Positions 17,152-24,932 of a DNA stretch of 64,000 nt are shown in pieces (the stretch's first letter is position 1; each line of letters opens with the position of its first letter). The notes under the pieces are model-generated. The model saw only the letters and a program-made list of their open reading frames with translations. It ran no database searches and was not told the DNA's origin. The stretch covers positions 37,684-101,683 of IMG/VR virus record IMGVR_UViG_3300020573_000227. One strand, 5' to 3'. A program made the translations under genes and the position numbers. The stretch comes from a virus.

Positions 17152-18804
17152 TTACTCAATGGTTAAATCAACTTTATTTCCTTTCGCGTCAACAGCATCC
17201 GATAAAACAAAGTAGAATAAACCCGCGGTATTTGTTAAAGTTGTCTTTGGTGTAAAAATTAATTTATACGGTGTACCAACTTTAATTCTTGCAGTTTTAG
17301 TTTGATCAATAGAACCAAACGTTAATCTGCTACCTTCATGTGTTGTGAAGTTAGTGATTGTAGAACCAGCATCAAATATTACATTATCCAAACTTAATTT
17401 TGAATCATCATAATTCATGATAACTTGTAACCCCGCCAATTCTGCTCTTGTTAAAGTGGTTGTTAATACAACCTTACCATTTTCTAACGTTGATGACACA
17501 CCAAGTTTAGCGATTTCTACAGCTTCTGTTTTATATGCCATAGATGTTGACATACTCATAGTTTTTAATGTGTTAACTTCGCCATTTACTGAATTAGTAT
17601 ATAAACCAGAACTTATTCTGCTAGCAATTACTGCTGGATCAGATGAATGTGACCAGTTTAGATCACCACCCCATGCAAATACTGCATGTACTTCTTTTAT
17701 TGGTGTGTCAATTAAAACTCTATTCTTAACCACACCGTCTAACCAACTTTGATTTAATAAACCACTGTACCATCTTACTGATGTTGAAGTTGACGTTGGT
17801 ATCATTGCTGTTGTTGACATATTTTGACCCATTACGTGCGCAAATAATGCGTATGAATCTGCTTCTCCAAATGGATTGTTACCTAAACTAACTTTACCAA
17901 CTTTCTTTTCTAATGCTGGTAATGTAAAGAAGTTAGCGGTTCCACCAATATCTGTTTGTGAATGACCTAAAAACGCTTTATAAGCATCTGATACAGTTAT
18001 AATATTGTTCATCCATGTTTTAGTCATTGAAGGCGCAACAAATAGACCAACCGAATCACCTACTTTAACCTGTGTTGTAAAAAGAACTTCACCACTAGCA
18101 TCTAATGGTAATTGTGCAATAGGTTGTTGTGACCAATCAATATCACCACTACCATCTGATTTCAATTTCATTAATTGAACATTATGATCTGTGATTGCAT
18201 ATCCCTGTGGAAATAATACTTTAACTTTAAATTGTGATGTGTTACCAACAACACCTGTTAAAGATGACCAACCAGCACCATTTATGGTTCCAACATTCGT
18301 ACCAGTTGTATCAGTACCTGTTGCTAAATCCAATCTGAAAATATTGTTATAAGTATTTTGATCTTTTAAGATATACTTTTGTGTTGCGATTAATCCATTA
18401 ATAGATTGATCTGCTCTTTGAACAGTCAATTGACCAACATTCCAATCAGCATTTACAGCATAATTCCATGGTGTTAAACCATATTGAACATTTAAATCAT
18501 TATCACTTGCACCACTGTTTGGTGTGAATTTATAGTTATTCCAACCAGTGTAGAAAGTTTGTGCAGATGTTCCTTGGTTAAAAGCTGTTGAAACATATGT
18601 TAACGCTTTATTATTAAACTGATATCTAAACCAAATATAACGTGGGTTCTTTATTACAGTACCTTTTGTTAAATTATATCTAACAGTAATAGTATCACCA
18701 ACCTTTAATCCACTTGCTGGTGTTAAAGATTGACTTATTGTTAGTTGAGCAAACGATGTAAAAGCAATCAATAAAAAGAATCCAAGAGAGAGTAGTTTTT
18801 TCAT
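17152..18804 (-). CDS. Exported protein with N- and C-terminal cohesin-like domains and a degenerate dockerin
   Basis: KVGDTITV..FRYQFNNKALTYVS; ITVSDAYKAF; GDLNWSHS; LAGLQVIMNYDDSKL; C-terminal half paralogous to 14865. Confidence 0.65.
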   Translation of the reverse strand: MKKLLSLGFFLLIAFTSFAQLTISQSLTPASGLKVGDTITVRYNLTKGTVIKNPRYIWFRYQFNNKALTYVSTAFNQGTSAQTFYTGWNNYKFTPNSGASDNDLNVQYGLTPWNYAVNADWNVGQLTVQRADQSINGLIATQKYILKDQNTYNNIFRLDLATGTDTTGTNVGTINGAGWSSLTGVVGNTSQFKVKVLFPQGYAITDHNVQLMKLKSDGSGDIDWSQQPIAQLPLDASGEVLFTTQVKVGDSVGLFVAPSMTKTWMNNIITVSDAYKAFLGHSQTDIGGTANFFTLPALEKKVGKVSLGNNPFGEADSYALFAHVMGQNMSTTAMIPTSTSTSVRWYSGLLNQSWLDGVVKNRVLIDTPIKEVHAVFAWGGDLNWSHSSDPAVIASRISSGLYTNSVNGEVNTLKTMSMSTSMAYKTEAVEIAKLGVSSTLENGKVVLTTTLTRAELAGLQVIMNYDDSKLSLDNVIFDAGSTITNFTTHEGSRLTFGSIDQTKTARIKVGTPYKLIFTPKTTLTNTAGLFYFVLSDAVDAKGNKVDLTIE

Positions 18805-18808
18805 TTTT

Positions 18809-19459
18809 TTATTTTTTATCCATTAATTTATTTATTAATTTTTCACTAGCCTTTTTGAGGGCATTACTCAAAGATGTTTGATTAAATGACCCTCCTTCGT
18901 CAACAATAAGAGTTGACATAGAAACTTCAGATGATGATTCTTCAACAACAAATTCCTTTTCTTTTTTACCGTCTTTTGTTAATGTCCCCTTCAATCTAAT
19001 AACCACTTCTTCCTGATTAGAATGGAAAACAGATATGTTCTTCTTTGTTGTAAGAACATCTAAATAAACAATTTGTACTTTTAATTTGTAAGGAGATGAT
19101 TCGGATAAGTCGTAACCCTTTTCTTGTAAAAACTCCTCTAAGATGTTTTTAACTCCGAATGCTAAATTTCTATTACCTGCCAATTTACCAATCTTAACTT
19201 CATTTGTCACACTTTCAACCCAAATGTGGTCTTCAGCATTATACCAAATATTTTCGGGAGAGTTTTTGAATGTACCATCGATTCGCCATTCAATCCAATT
19301 TACAATGTTTCTTTGTAATTCATGTTTACCAGAAAGTTCTAAATAAACGAAGAATAATTGAAAACAAAGGGCGAACGCAATCCAAAACCCGACTAATGAT
19401 AAAAATACCATAGCAAGTTTGTCGCCGATGTTAATTGTAAGTGATTTGATTTTTTCCAT
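18809..19459 (-). CDS. Membrane-anchored protein with CsgG/TolB-N-like alpha/beta domain; first gene of the surface operon
   Basis: N-terminal TM; GVKNILEEFLQEKGY...SNALKKASEKLI. Confidence 0.5.
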   Translation of the reverse strand: MEKIKSLTINIGDKLAMVFLSLVGFWIAFALCFQLFFVYLELSGKHELQRNIVNWIEWRIDGTFKNSPENIWYNAEDHIWVESVTNEVKIGKLAGNRNLAFGVKNILEEFLQEKGYDLSESSPYKLKVQIVYLDVLTTKKNISVFHSNQEEVVIRLKGTLTKDGKKEKEFVVEESSSEVSMSTLIVDEGGSFNQTSLSNALKKASEKLINKLMDKK

Positions 19460-19556
19460 AAAGTTCTAAGTTTTTTGTTACTCACTCAGAACCACATATG
19501 AATATGATATGTAATGTATGAGAGAGATACATTTATTTTTTGTCTGTTTATAAATA
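19460..19556 (-). promoter_or_regulatory. TATTTATA promoter and structured 5' leader of the surface-protein operon
   Basis: Box 19549-19556; hairpin AATGTAT-CTCTCTC-ATACATT; stem GGTTCTGAGT/ACTTAGAACT next to the ATG. Confidence 0.6.
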
Positions 19557-19657
19557 CTATTGATTTGAACTACCGATGAAAGTCCCACATTATTTTTTTA
19601 AAAAATATTTTGTTTTATCTAAAAATGATGTTATATTAGACATATAATTATAAAAAT

Positions 19658-20437
19658 ATGAGTAATTTTAAACATCTTACAGATTTAGAAATCCAACAAA
19701 TGACATTTGATTGGAGATACCGTGGATTTACAACACTTGAACTTTTAACCGAAGAAGAATGTGATGAAATCAACGAGGAACTTGAACGTTTACGTCAAGA
19801 AAGAAAAGGTACAACCACACAAGACGGTAAAGAGTGGGGTGAATGGGATCCATTTGCTTATCCTCATAAATTATCAGATAAATTGGAAAAATTATTTGCT
19901 CACCCTAAGTTAATCGAGGCTTGTGAGTTTTTAATGGAAGGTGAACTTGTTGGTATGCAAAGTTGGGCATATTTTAAACCACCAGGACAATTGGGTCGTG
20001 ACCAACACCAAAATGCGTTCTATACAGGTTGTAAACATAATGAAATCATCAACACCGCACTTGCGTTAGATAACCATGATTCTGGTAATGGTTCCGTGTG
20101 GAACTATGAAGGTTCACATAGATTACAAACTCTACCAATTGAGATTGATGAGGAAAGAGCTAAAACAAACCCATCTTTTTGGAGAAATGAAAGAGGTAAA
20201 CCATGTATTATGCCTGAAGGACATGACTTCCGTAAAGTTGAGGGTATCTTGAAAAAGGGTCAGGTTGTGTTATTACACTCACACTGTGTACACGGGTCGG
20301 AAGCTAACACTTCGAATAGAATGAGAAGAAACTTCTTGGGTGGATTCTTAAAGAAAGGAGCATATTACAATCAAGGAAGTCATATGAAACGTGAACCTAT
20401 TGATATGTACGAATTGAGAGATAAACACTGGAAATAA
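19658..20437 (+). CDS. Phytanoyl-CoA dioxygenase (PhyH)-family Fe(II)/2OG oxygenase
   Basis: YFKPPG...HQN, ALALD....NG....GSH, KKGQVVLLH...VHGS..N.S...RR. Confidence 0.85.
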   Translation: MSNFKHLTDLEIQQMTFDWRYRGFTTLELLTEEECDEINEELERLRQERKGTTTQDGKEWGEWDPFAYPHKLSDKLEKLFAHPKLIEACEFLMEGELVGMQSWAYFKPPGQLGRDQHQNAFYTGCKHNEIINTALALDNHDSGNGSVWNYEGSHRLQTLPIEIDEERAKTNPSFWRNERGKPCIMPEGHDFRKVEGILKKGQVVLLHSHCVHGSEANTSNRMRRNFLGGFLKKGAYYNQGSHMKREPIDMYELRDKHWK

Positions 20438-20491
20438 TTTCGAATATTCGTATTTATTTCTTACCTTTGTTTAAACAATAAGGATATTAAA

Positions 20492-20620
20492 ATGGCGAAA
20501 GCACCGAGAACATCTAAAAGGGTTGGTAAAGTGGCGAGTAAAGCATTAAGAAGTAAAAAAACCAGTAAGACGACGAAAACACTTGCGGGAAGTTCTTTAA
20601 GACAACGGAGAAGAAAATAA
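20492..20620 (+). CDS. Very basic 42-aa protein (not in ORF track)
   Basis: MAKAPRTSKRVGKVASKALRSKKTSKTTKTLAGSSLRQRRRK*; TACCTTTG promoter box upstream. Confidence 0.7.
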   Translation: MAKAPRTSKRVGKVASKALRSKKTSKTTKTLAGSSLRQRRRK

Positions 20621-20717
20621 AATATTGGTTGATTGGGATTTAACGGGGCTAGCAATAGCGAGAAACGCCAATCATAAAAACAGATGTCCACACCCCCATC
20701 TTCTGTTTTCCATAGTA

Positions 20718-20789
20718 GCCTCTTAAGCATTGCAGGCGATGCGCATGACTTGTAATCATGATAACTCGGTTCGATTCCGGGCGGAGGCT
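20718..20789 (+). tRNA. tRNA-Thr(TGT)
   Basis: Cloverleaf; CATGA-CTTGTAA-TCATG; TTCGATT T-loop. Confidence 0.85.
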
Positions 20790-20791
20790 CA

Positions 20792-20974
20792 ACAGGTGAC
20801 GACGGTGGTGGAACCCCACTGTCTATAAATCTCAACACCCGCCTTGATTCGCGGTATTATAGCGGTGAGAGTAGAGTTACTACAAGTCGGGAGTAATTAA
20901 CCCAATGACGAAAGTGTAACCACAGATATAGAGATATATTTGTTATGATGTACGAAAGGGTACGAAAAACCTGT
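20792..20974 (+). ncRNA. Unknown structured RNA (~183 nt) between tRNAs
   Basis: Closing stem ACAGGT/ACCTGT plus 5-6 internal hairpins. Confidence 0.55.
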
Positions 20975-20979
20975 AATTT

Positions 20980-21053
20980 GGATTGTTGGTGAAGTTGGTT
21001 ATCATGCCACCCTGTCACGGTGGAGTTCACGGGTTCGAGTCCCGTACAGTCCG
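20980..21053 (+). tRNA. tRNA-Asp(GTC)
   Basis: Cloverleaf; CCACC-CTGTCAC-GGTGG. Confidence 0.92.
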
Positions 21054-21062
21054 CAAAATATT

Positions 21063-21148
21063 GGAAGGATGGCAGAGTTGGTCTATCGCGTCGGTCTTGA
21101 AAACCGAAGTACTGAAAGGTACCGTGGGTTCGAATCCTACTCCTTCCG
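21063..21148 (+). tRNA. tRNA-Ser(TGA)
   Basis: Cloverleaf with long variable arm; TCGGT-CTTGAAA-ACCGA. Confidence 0.92.
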
Positions 21149-21150
21149 CA

Positions 21151-21240
21151 AAGAATTAACTAAGATACCGTAAAATCGGTAGGTGGTGATTCCAGATTTA
21201 TCTGTGAACCATTTAAACCCTGAAAGCAATGTTAGTTCTT
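21151..21240 (+). ncRNA. Unknown structured RNA (~90 nt)
   Basis: Closing stem AAGAATTAAC/GTTAGTTCTT; internal TACCG/CGGTA and CAGA/TCTG hairpins. Confidence 0.45.
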
Positions 21241-21247
21241 TTTTTTT

Positions 21248-21319
21248 GCTCGGTTCGACTAGTGGTTAGGTCACCACCCTTTCACGGTGGTTGCACGGGT
21301 TCGAATCCCGTACCGAGTA
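21248..21319 (+). tRNA. tRNA-Glu(TTC)
   Basis: Cloverleaf; CCACC-CTTTCAC-GGTGG. Confidence 0.92.
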
Positions 21320-21398
21320 CAATATTTTTTTTATATCAAGATATTGATTTACAATATTTTATTCTGTATATTTATCATATTATTAATATTTATAATAT

Positions 21399-21701
21399 AT
21401 GATAGATAAAATCACATTATCGTTAATGTTATTTTTTAACACATTAACATCATCTATCGACCCAAGTCTTTCCGATGAAAGAAAGTCAGTCAATCAAATA
21501 AAAAAAGAGATTAAGTCTCTTGAAAGAAAGATTGAATGGGTTGAAGTAACAGATGAGAATTACGCTAGCAGGGCCGTCAAAACCAAAGAAATCACGGACG
21601 AGATTACCAAATTGAATGGTAAAATTGTAAAGATTGAGAAGGTAGCAATTTTAAAAGAGAAATGGGCTAAGGAAGATTCCTTAACCAAATCGAAAAAATG
21701 A
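21399..21701 (+). CDS. Hypothetical coiled-coil protein, probably exported
   Basis: Hydrophobic N-terminus; TATTTATA box upstream. Confidence 0.6.
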   Translation: MIDKITLSLMLFFNTLTSSIDPSLSDERKSVNQIKKEIKSLERKIEWVEVTDENYASRAVKTKEITDEITKLNGKIVKIEKVAILKEKWAKEDSLTKSKK

Positions 21702-22147
21702 AAAAAATTTTTTTAGTGCTGACGTTACTTTTGGGAGTGGAAGTCGTGGCAAATGGACAAGAGTGGTTTATAACCGCCACTCGAAAAGGCGGTCCATCAG
21801 ATGGTTATATAACAGGTGGTTTTATGAAAAAAGGTTGGGGGTTCTATGCTGGTCTTCCTTATGGTGAAATAGGTGGTACTAATGGTGGAATTTCAATTCC
21901 TCCTGGCGTCAACACTAAAACAGGAAATGTGTCTGATAACATGAAGTTTGGTGTTCTTAGACAAGTAAAAGAGGACAAGGCGATTGTTGGATTTGGATTA
22001 CAACCAACGATTGATGGTAACAAACCAAATTTTCTTATAATGTACAATCCACTTAGACCAAGTAGTGTTTTAAATCTATGGACAATTGGTAATATGGTTG
22101 GTGATGATTTTACATTAGGACTTGGATTATCGTATAAAGTCAAATAA
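21698..22147 (+). CDS. Small probable outer-membrane beta-barrel protein
   Basis: Signal peptide; ends FTLGLGLSYKVK. Confidence 0.6.
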   Translation: MKKIFLVLTLLLGVEVVANGQEWFITATRKGGPSDGYITGGFMKKGWGFYAGLPYGEIGGTNGGISIPPGVNTKTGNVSDNMKFGVLRQVKEDKAIVGFGLQPTIDGNKPNFLIMYNPLRPSSVLNLWTIGNMVGDDFTLGLGLSYKVK

Positions 22148-22262
22148 AAATTTTAGTTAATTTAATTCCCCGAACAAACTAAAAAATGTTCGGGGTTTTT
22201 TTATACCATATTTTTTTGTTATATTTAAATTATAGTTCTTTGATGTATTGGAAAAACAAAAT

Positions 22263-22347
22263 GCCTGGGTGATGAAATGGTATACATGACAGACTTAAAA
22301 TCTGTTGAGCAGAAACGCTCGTGCGGGTTCAAGTCCCGCCCCAGGTA
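22263..22347 (+). tRNA. tRNA-Leu(TAA)
   Basis: Cloverleaf with long variable arm; ACAGA-CTTAAAA-TCTGT. Confidence 0.92.
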
Positions 22348-22348
22348 C

Positions 22349-22460
22349 AAATGTAATGACTCAGAAATGAGTGACGGAACGGACGCTATGTATGAAATGG
22401 AAACTTTTGAATCACGTACAAAGGTGATAATTAGACACAAACCGTACAGACATTACATTT
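22349..22460 (+). ncRNA. Unknown structured RNA (~112 nt)
   Basis: 10-bp closing stem AAATGTAATG/CATTACATTT; ACTCA-GAAA-TGAGT; ATCAC/GTGAT. Confidence 0.5.
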
Positions 22461-22499
22461 AAACACTATCGTTCTTTGAAAATAAAGGAGAAAATTAAT

Positions 22500-22748
22500 A
22501 TGGACATATTATCATTTATTTTAGGAATGTCAATAGTTGTGGTTATCGCAGTTGCGGTAGTTGCGGTTATTGCCTTTGTTAAGGTTAATAAAACTAACAA
22601 AGAAATTGAAACGATTCATACCATTATGGGCAATGAATCTGAAAGGTCGCATAGAGAGCGTGAAGAAGCAATTCAAAATGTTTATAGAACATTAGATTCA
22701 CGACTTGATAAACTTGAGAGTAAAATAACAACAAGCCGTAAGGCATAA
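22500..22748 (+). CDS. Single-TM coiled-coil protein inside the tRNA array
   Basis: N-terminal TM; AAAGGAG SD; flanked by a 19-bp inverted repeat. Confidence 0.7.
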   Translation: MDILSFILGMSIVVVIAVAVVAVIAFVKVNKTNKEIETIHTIMGNESERSHREREEAIQNVYRTLDSRLDKLESKITTSRKA

Positions 22749-22788
22749 CGATTAAATAAAAACTTTCAAAGACGATAGTGTTATTTTT

Positions 22789-22862
22789 GGTTCCGTAGCT
22801 CAGTTGGATAGAGCAACATCCTTCTAAGATGTGGGTCTTTGGTTCGAATCCAAACGGGATCA
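22789..22862 (+). tRNA. tRNA-Arg(TCT)
   Basis: Cloverleaf; ACATC-CTTCTAA-GATGT. Confidence 0.92.
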
Positions 22863-22872
22863 CGTAAATTTT

Positions 22873-22946
22873 GGACTTGTAGCTCACTCGGTTAGAGCGG
22901 CACACTCATAATGTGAAGGTAATAGGTTCGATTCCTATCTGGTCCA
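22873..22946 (+). tRNA. tRNA with CAT anticodon (probably Ile2, possibly elongator Met)
   Basis: Cloverleaf; CTCATAA loop; paired G1-C72, so not an initiator. Confidence 0.8.
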
Positions 22947-22950
22947 CAAA

Positions 22951-23140
22951 CAATTAACTCATGGGTCTCCGATGGAAGTCCGCAAGAAAAATAGATGTTT
23001 TTCATCCATCAAAAAATTACCATAGAGACCGCTAAATCGAGTTAGTGAAAATCTACATTCTCATTGGTAATCATTCATGACACCTACCGGTGGTTCCACA
23101 CTAAGGTTATGTGAGGCTTCGGCTGATAAAAGGGTGTTAT
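22951..23140 (+). ncRNA. Unknown structured RNA(s), probably pseudoknotted
   Basis: Nested stems ATTAACTC/GAGTTAGT, GGTCTC/GAGACC, GATGGA/TCCATC; loop-to-3' pairings; ATGACACC/GGTGTTAT. Confidence 0.55.
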
Positions 23141-23142
23141 AT

Positions 23143-23293
23143 TGTAGTGTGACGAAATTGGCAAACGTGCCCTCCTGTCTCGGGGGTGTGGACAAAGAAA
23201 TAGATTGATAATATTAGGGGGTAGACCACCAGCTTGCAAGCGTCATGTTATCAGTTGAATCTCCACTTGGTGGTTCGAACCCATCCACTACAG
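23143..23293 (+). tRNA. tRNA-like RNA (GTC anticodon) with ~80-nt structured variable arm
   Basis: Acceptor TGTAGTG/CACTACA, D arm ACG/CGT, anticodon arm CCCTC-CTGTCTC-GGGGG, T arm GGTGG-TTCGAAC-CCATC. Confidence 0.75.
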
Positions 23294-23310
23294 CATTAAA
23301 TTTTTAAAAT

Positions 23311-23664
23311 ATGATAAAAGAACAAATTATAAACCTCATCTATTCTCTAATCTTATTTTTATTAGGATCGGTAGGACATTGGTACATTATGTATTGGCAG
23401 TTTAAATTACCTAATTGGATTAAAACCCCATGGCCATATATGATTTCTATTGTATGTACGTTCTTATGGATTTTGGCGTCACATTATGGTGTAAAGGCAT
23501 TCAATGGTGAAATGTGGAGTAACCGATTTTTATTCTTTGTAACCGGTATCGTCATTGCAGCAATGTTATATCCATATCATTTTGGTCAACCGTTTACCGT
23601 TAAAACTATGGTACAATTAATATTGGCGTTTACAATAATTTTAATTTCACTTTTTTGGAAATAA
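23311..23664 (+). CDS. Four-TM small membrane protein (DMT/SMR-like), paralog of 60455
   Basis: NGEMWSNRF..F..GI, PFTVKT. Confidence 0.65.
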   Translation: MIKEQIINLIYSLILFLLGSVGHWYIMYWQFKLPNWIKTPWPYMISIVCTFLWILASHYGVKAFNGEMWSNRFLFFVTGIVIAAMLYPYHFGQPFTVKTMVQLILAFTIILISLFWK

Positions 23665-23714
23665 ATTTTTTTATTTGATTTTTATTTCTTATATTTTATT
23701 ATAACCTATTAACT

Positions 23715-23936
23715 ATGAAATGTATTAAAGCAATTAAAGAAACCAAATCCTACAAATTAGGAGAAATTCGTAGAACTGATGATATTGATGCCAACCAAAA
23801 AGTGGTAAGTGGTGTTTGGAAGTTTATTCCAAAATCAGAATGGAAGGGTGAAAAGAAAACAAAAGTCATTGAGGTTCAACACGATATGGGTGGTTCTTAT
23901 GAAGTTAAGAACGAAAAGAAAAAAAATAAAAAATAA
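23715..23936 (+). CDS. Small basic hypothetical protein
   Basis: MKCIK..GEIRR..D..A...V..G.WKFIPKSEWK. Confidence 0.7.
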   Translation: MKCIKAIKETKSYKLGEIRRTDDIDANQKVVSGVWKFIPKSEWKGEKKTKVIEVQHDMGGSYEVKNEKKKNKK

Positions 23937-24018
23937 TTTAATTATTATTTTGTTTTTACAAAAACTCTTCGTATATTTGTAAAACAATAAGAGAAAAAGT
24001 TCTTTGAATTAAAAATAT

Positions 24019-24820
24019 TGGCCGCCTATGGTCGATTAAAATAAACCATGAAAGTGGGATAAAGTGACGAACCTTTGGTTGAGGTAAGTTGCGGTTTCAG
24101 AAATGGAACTCGAGTAGGCAAGTGGAGTATCGTTGAACCTTAAGTACTGAGGGTAACACTTTAGGGAAAGTGGTTTGACGACCAAGCAATCCGAGTTGTT
24201 TGGTTGAGGTGGGAACACCAATAAGAATAATCCATAGAGTTATTACAAGAAGTAGGACCTCCAATCTTACAATTGTGTGATTCAATATGATGGGAATCTT
24301 AAAACCGAAAGGTATGGTGAAGTACGAGTGGTGTCGTTATCATCCTTTATTAGACTCTACCAAGGGTTTAGTACTGAAGGGGTCCAAAAATATGGTGGCA
24401 GGGATGTTACAGAGAGTAGTTTAGTATCGAGTCGTTCAAAAGATGGCTTGGCTGGTCGACGAACCGCTACTTTCCAAATTCGGAAACTAAATTTTGTTAA
24501 TTCAGGTTTAACAACTTAAACATAACAAGAAAAAGTGTTCGTCAGTCGTTGTAGACAGGTGGCTACATAGTCGTGAGGGGTTCACGGCCACAAAGGGTCT
24601 CAAGCCCGATGTGATTTTTAAAAAAGTTCTCTAGACCCGCAAGGTTGAATCAGGGAGGCATCTTTGATGAGTAATGAGTATTAAAAGAGTATATAACGAC
24701 TCAAGGATTGGTTAATCTAATTGACCGCCGCTGATTGGTACTACTCAAAAGGTAGTGGAAAGGGGAAGAATCAAATAATGTCCCTAAGTCAATTATTAAG
24801 ACATGTATTCTCAGTGTTTT
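24019..24820 (+). ncRNA. Large (~800 nt) structured ncRNA, GOLLD-like
   Basis: No credible ORF, GC above background, many hairpins and GNRA loops, own TATATTTG promoter and boxA-like site, next to a phage tRNA array; family inferred from size and context. Confidence 0.6.
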
Positions 24821-24889
24821 ATTTTCTTTGTTTAATAAAACAAAGTGGTGGAATCGAAACGAATTAAAACCGTTTGGCCCAAAGAAATT

Positions 24890-24915
24890 AGTCATAAGAA
24901 ATTATGACTTTTTTT
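24890..24915 (+). terminator. Intrinsic terminator after the large ncRNA
   Basis: AGTCATAA-GAAA-TTATGACT + T-run. Confidence 0.65.
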
Positions 24916-24932
24916 ATGCCCTATTTATTACT

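Noticed and set aside
7869-19544. Direct repeats read as att sites of an integrated 11.6-kb element
   Set aside because: Disfavoured, not excluded: no recombinase nearby, spacer lengths differ, and each copy sits at the start of an oppositely oriented transcript
24019-24820. Large RNA as group I intron or RNase P RNA
   Set aside because: No interrupted gene around it, and no RNase P P4 signature (GAGGAAAGUCC) seen
20461-24895. ORF-track entries at 20461, 22225, 22277, 22624, 24036, 24097, 24277, 24701
   Set aside because: They overlap tRNAs or structured RNAs and have no protein-like features
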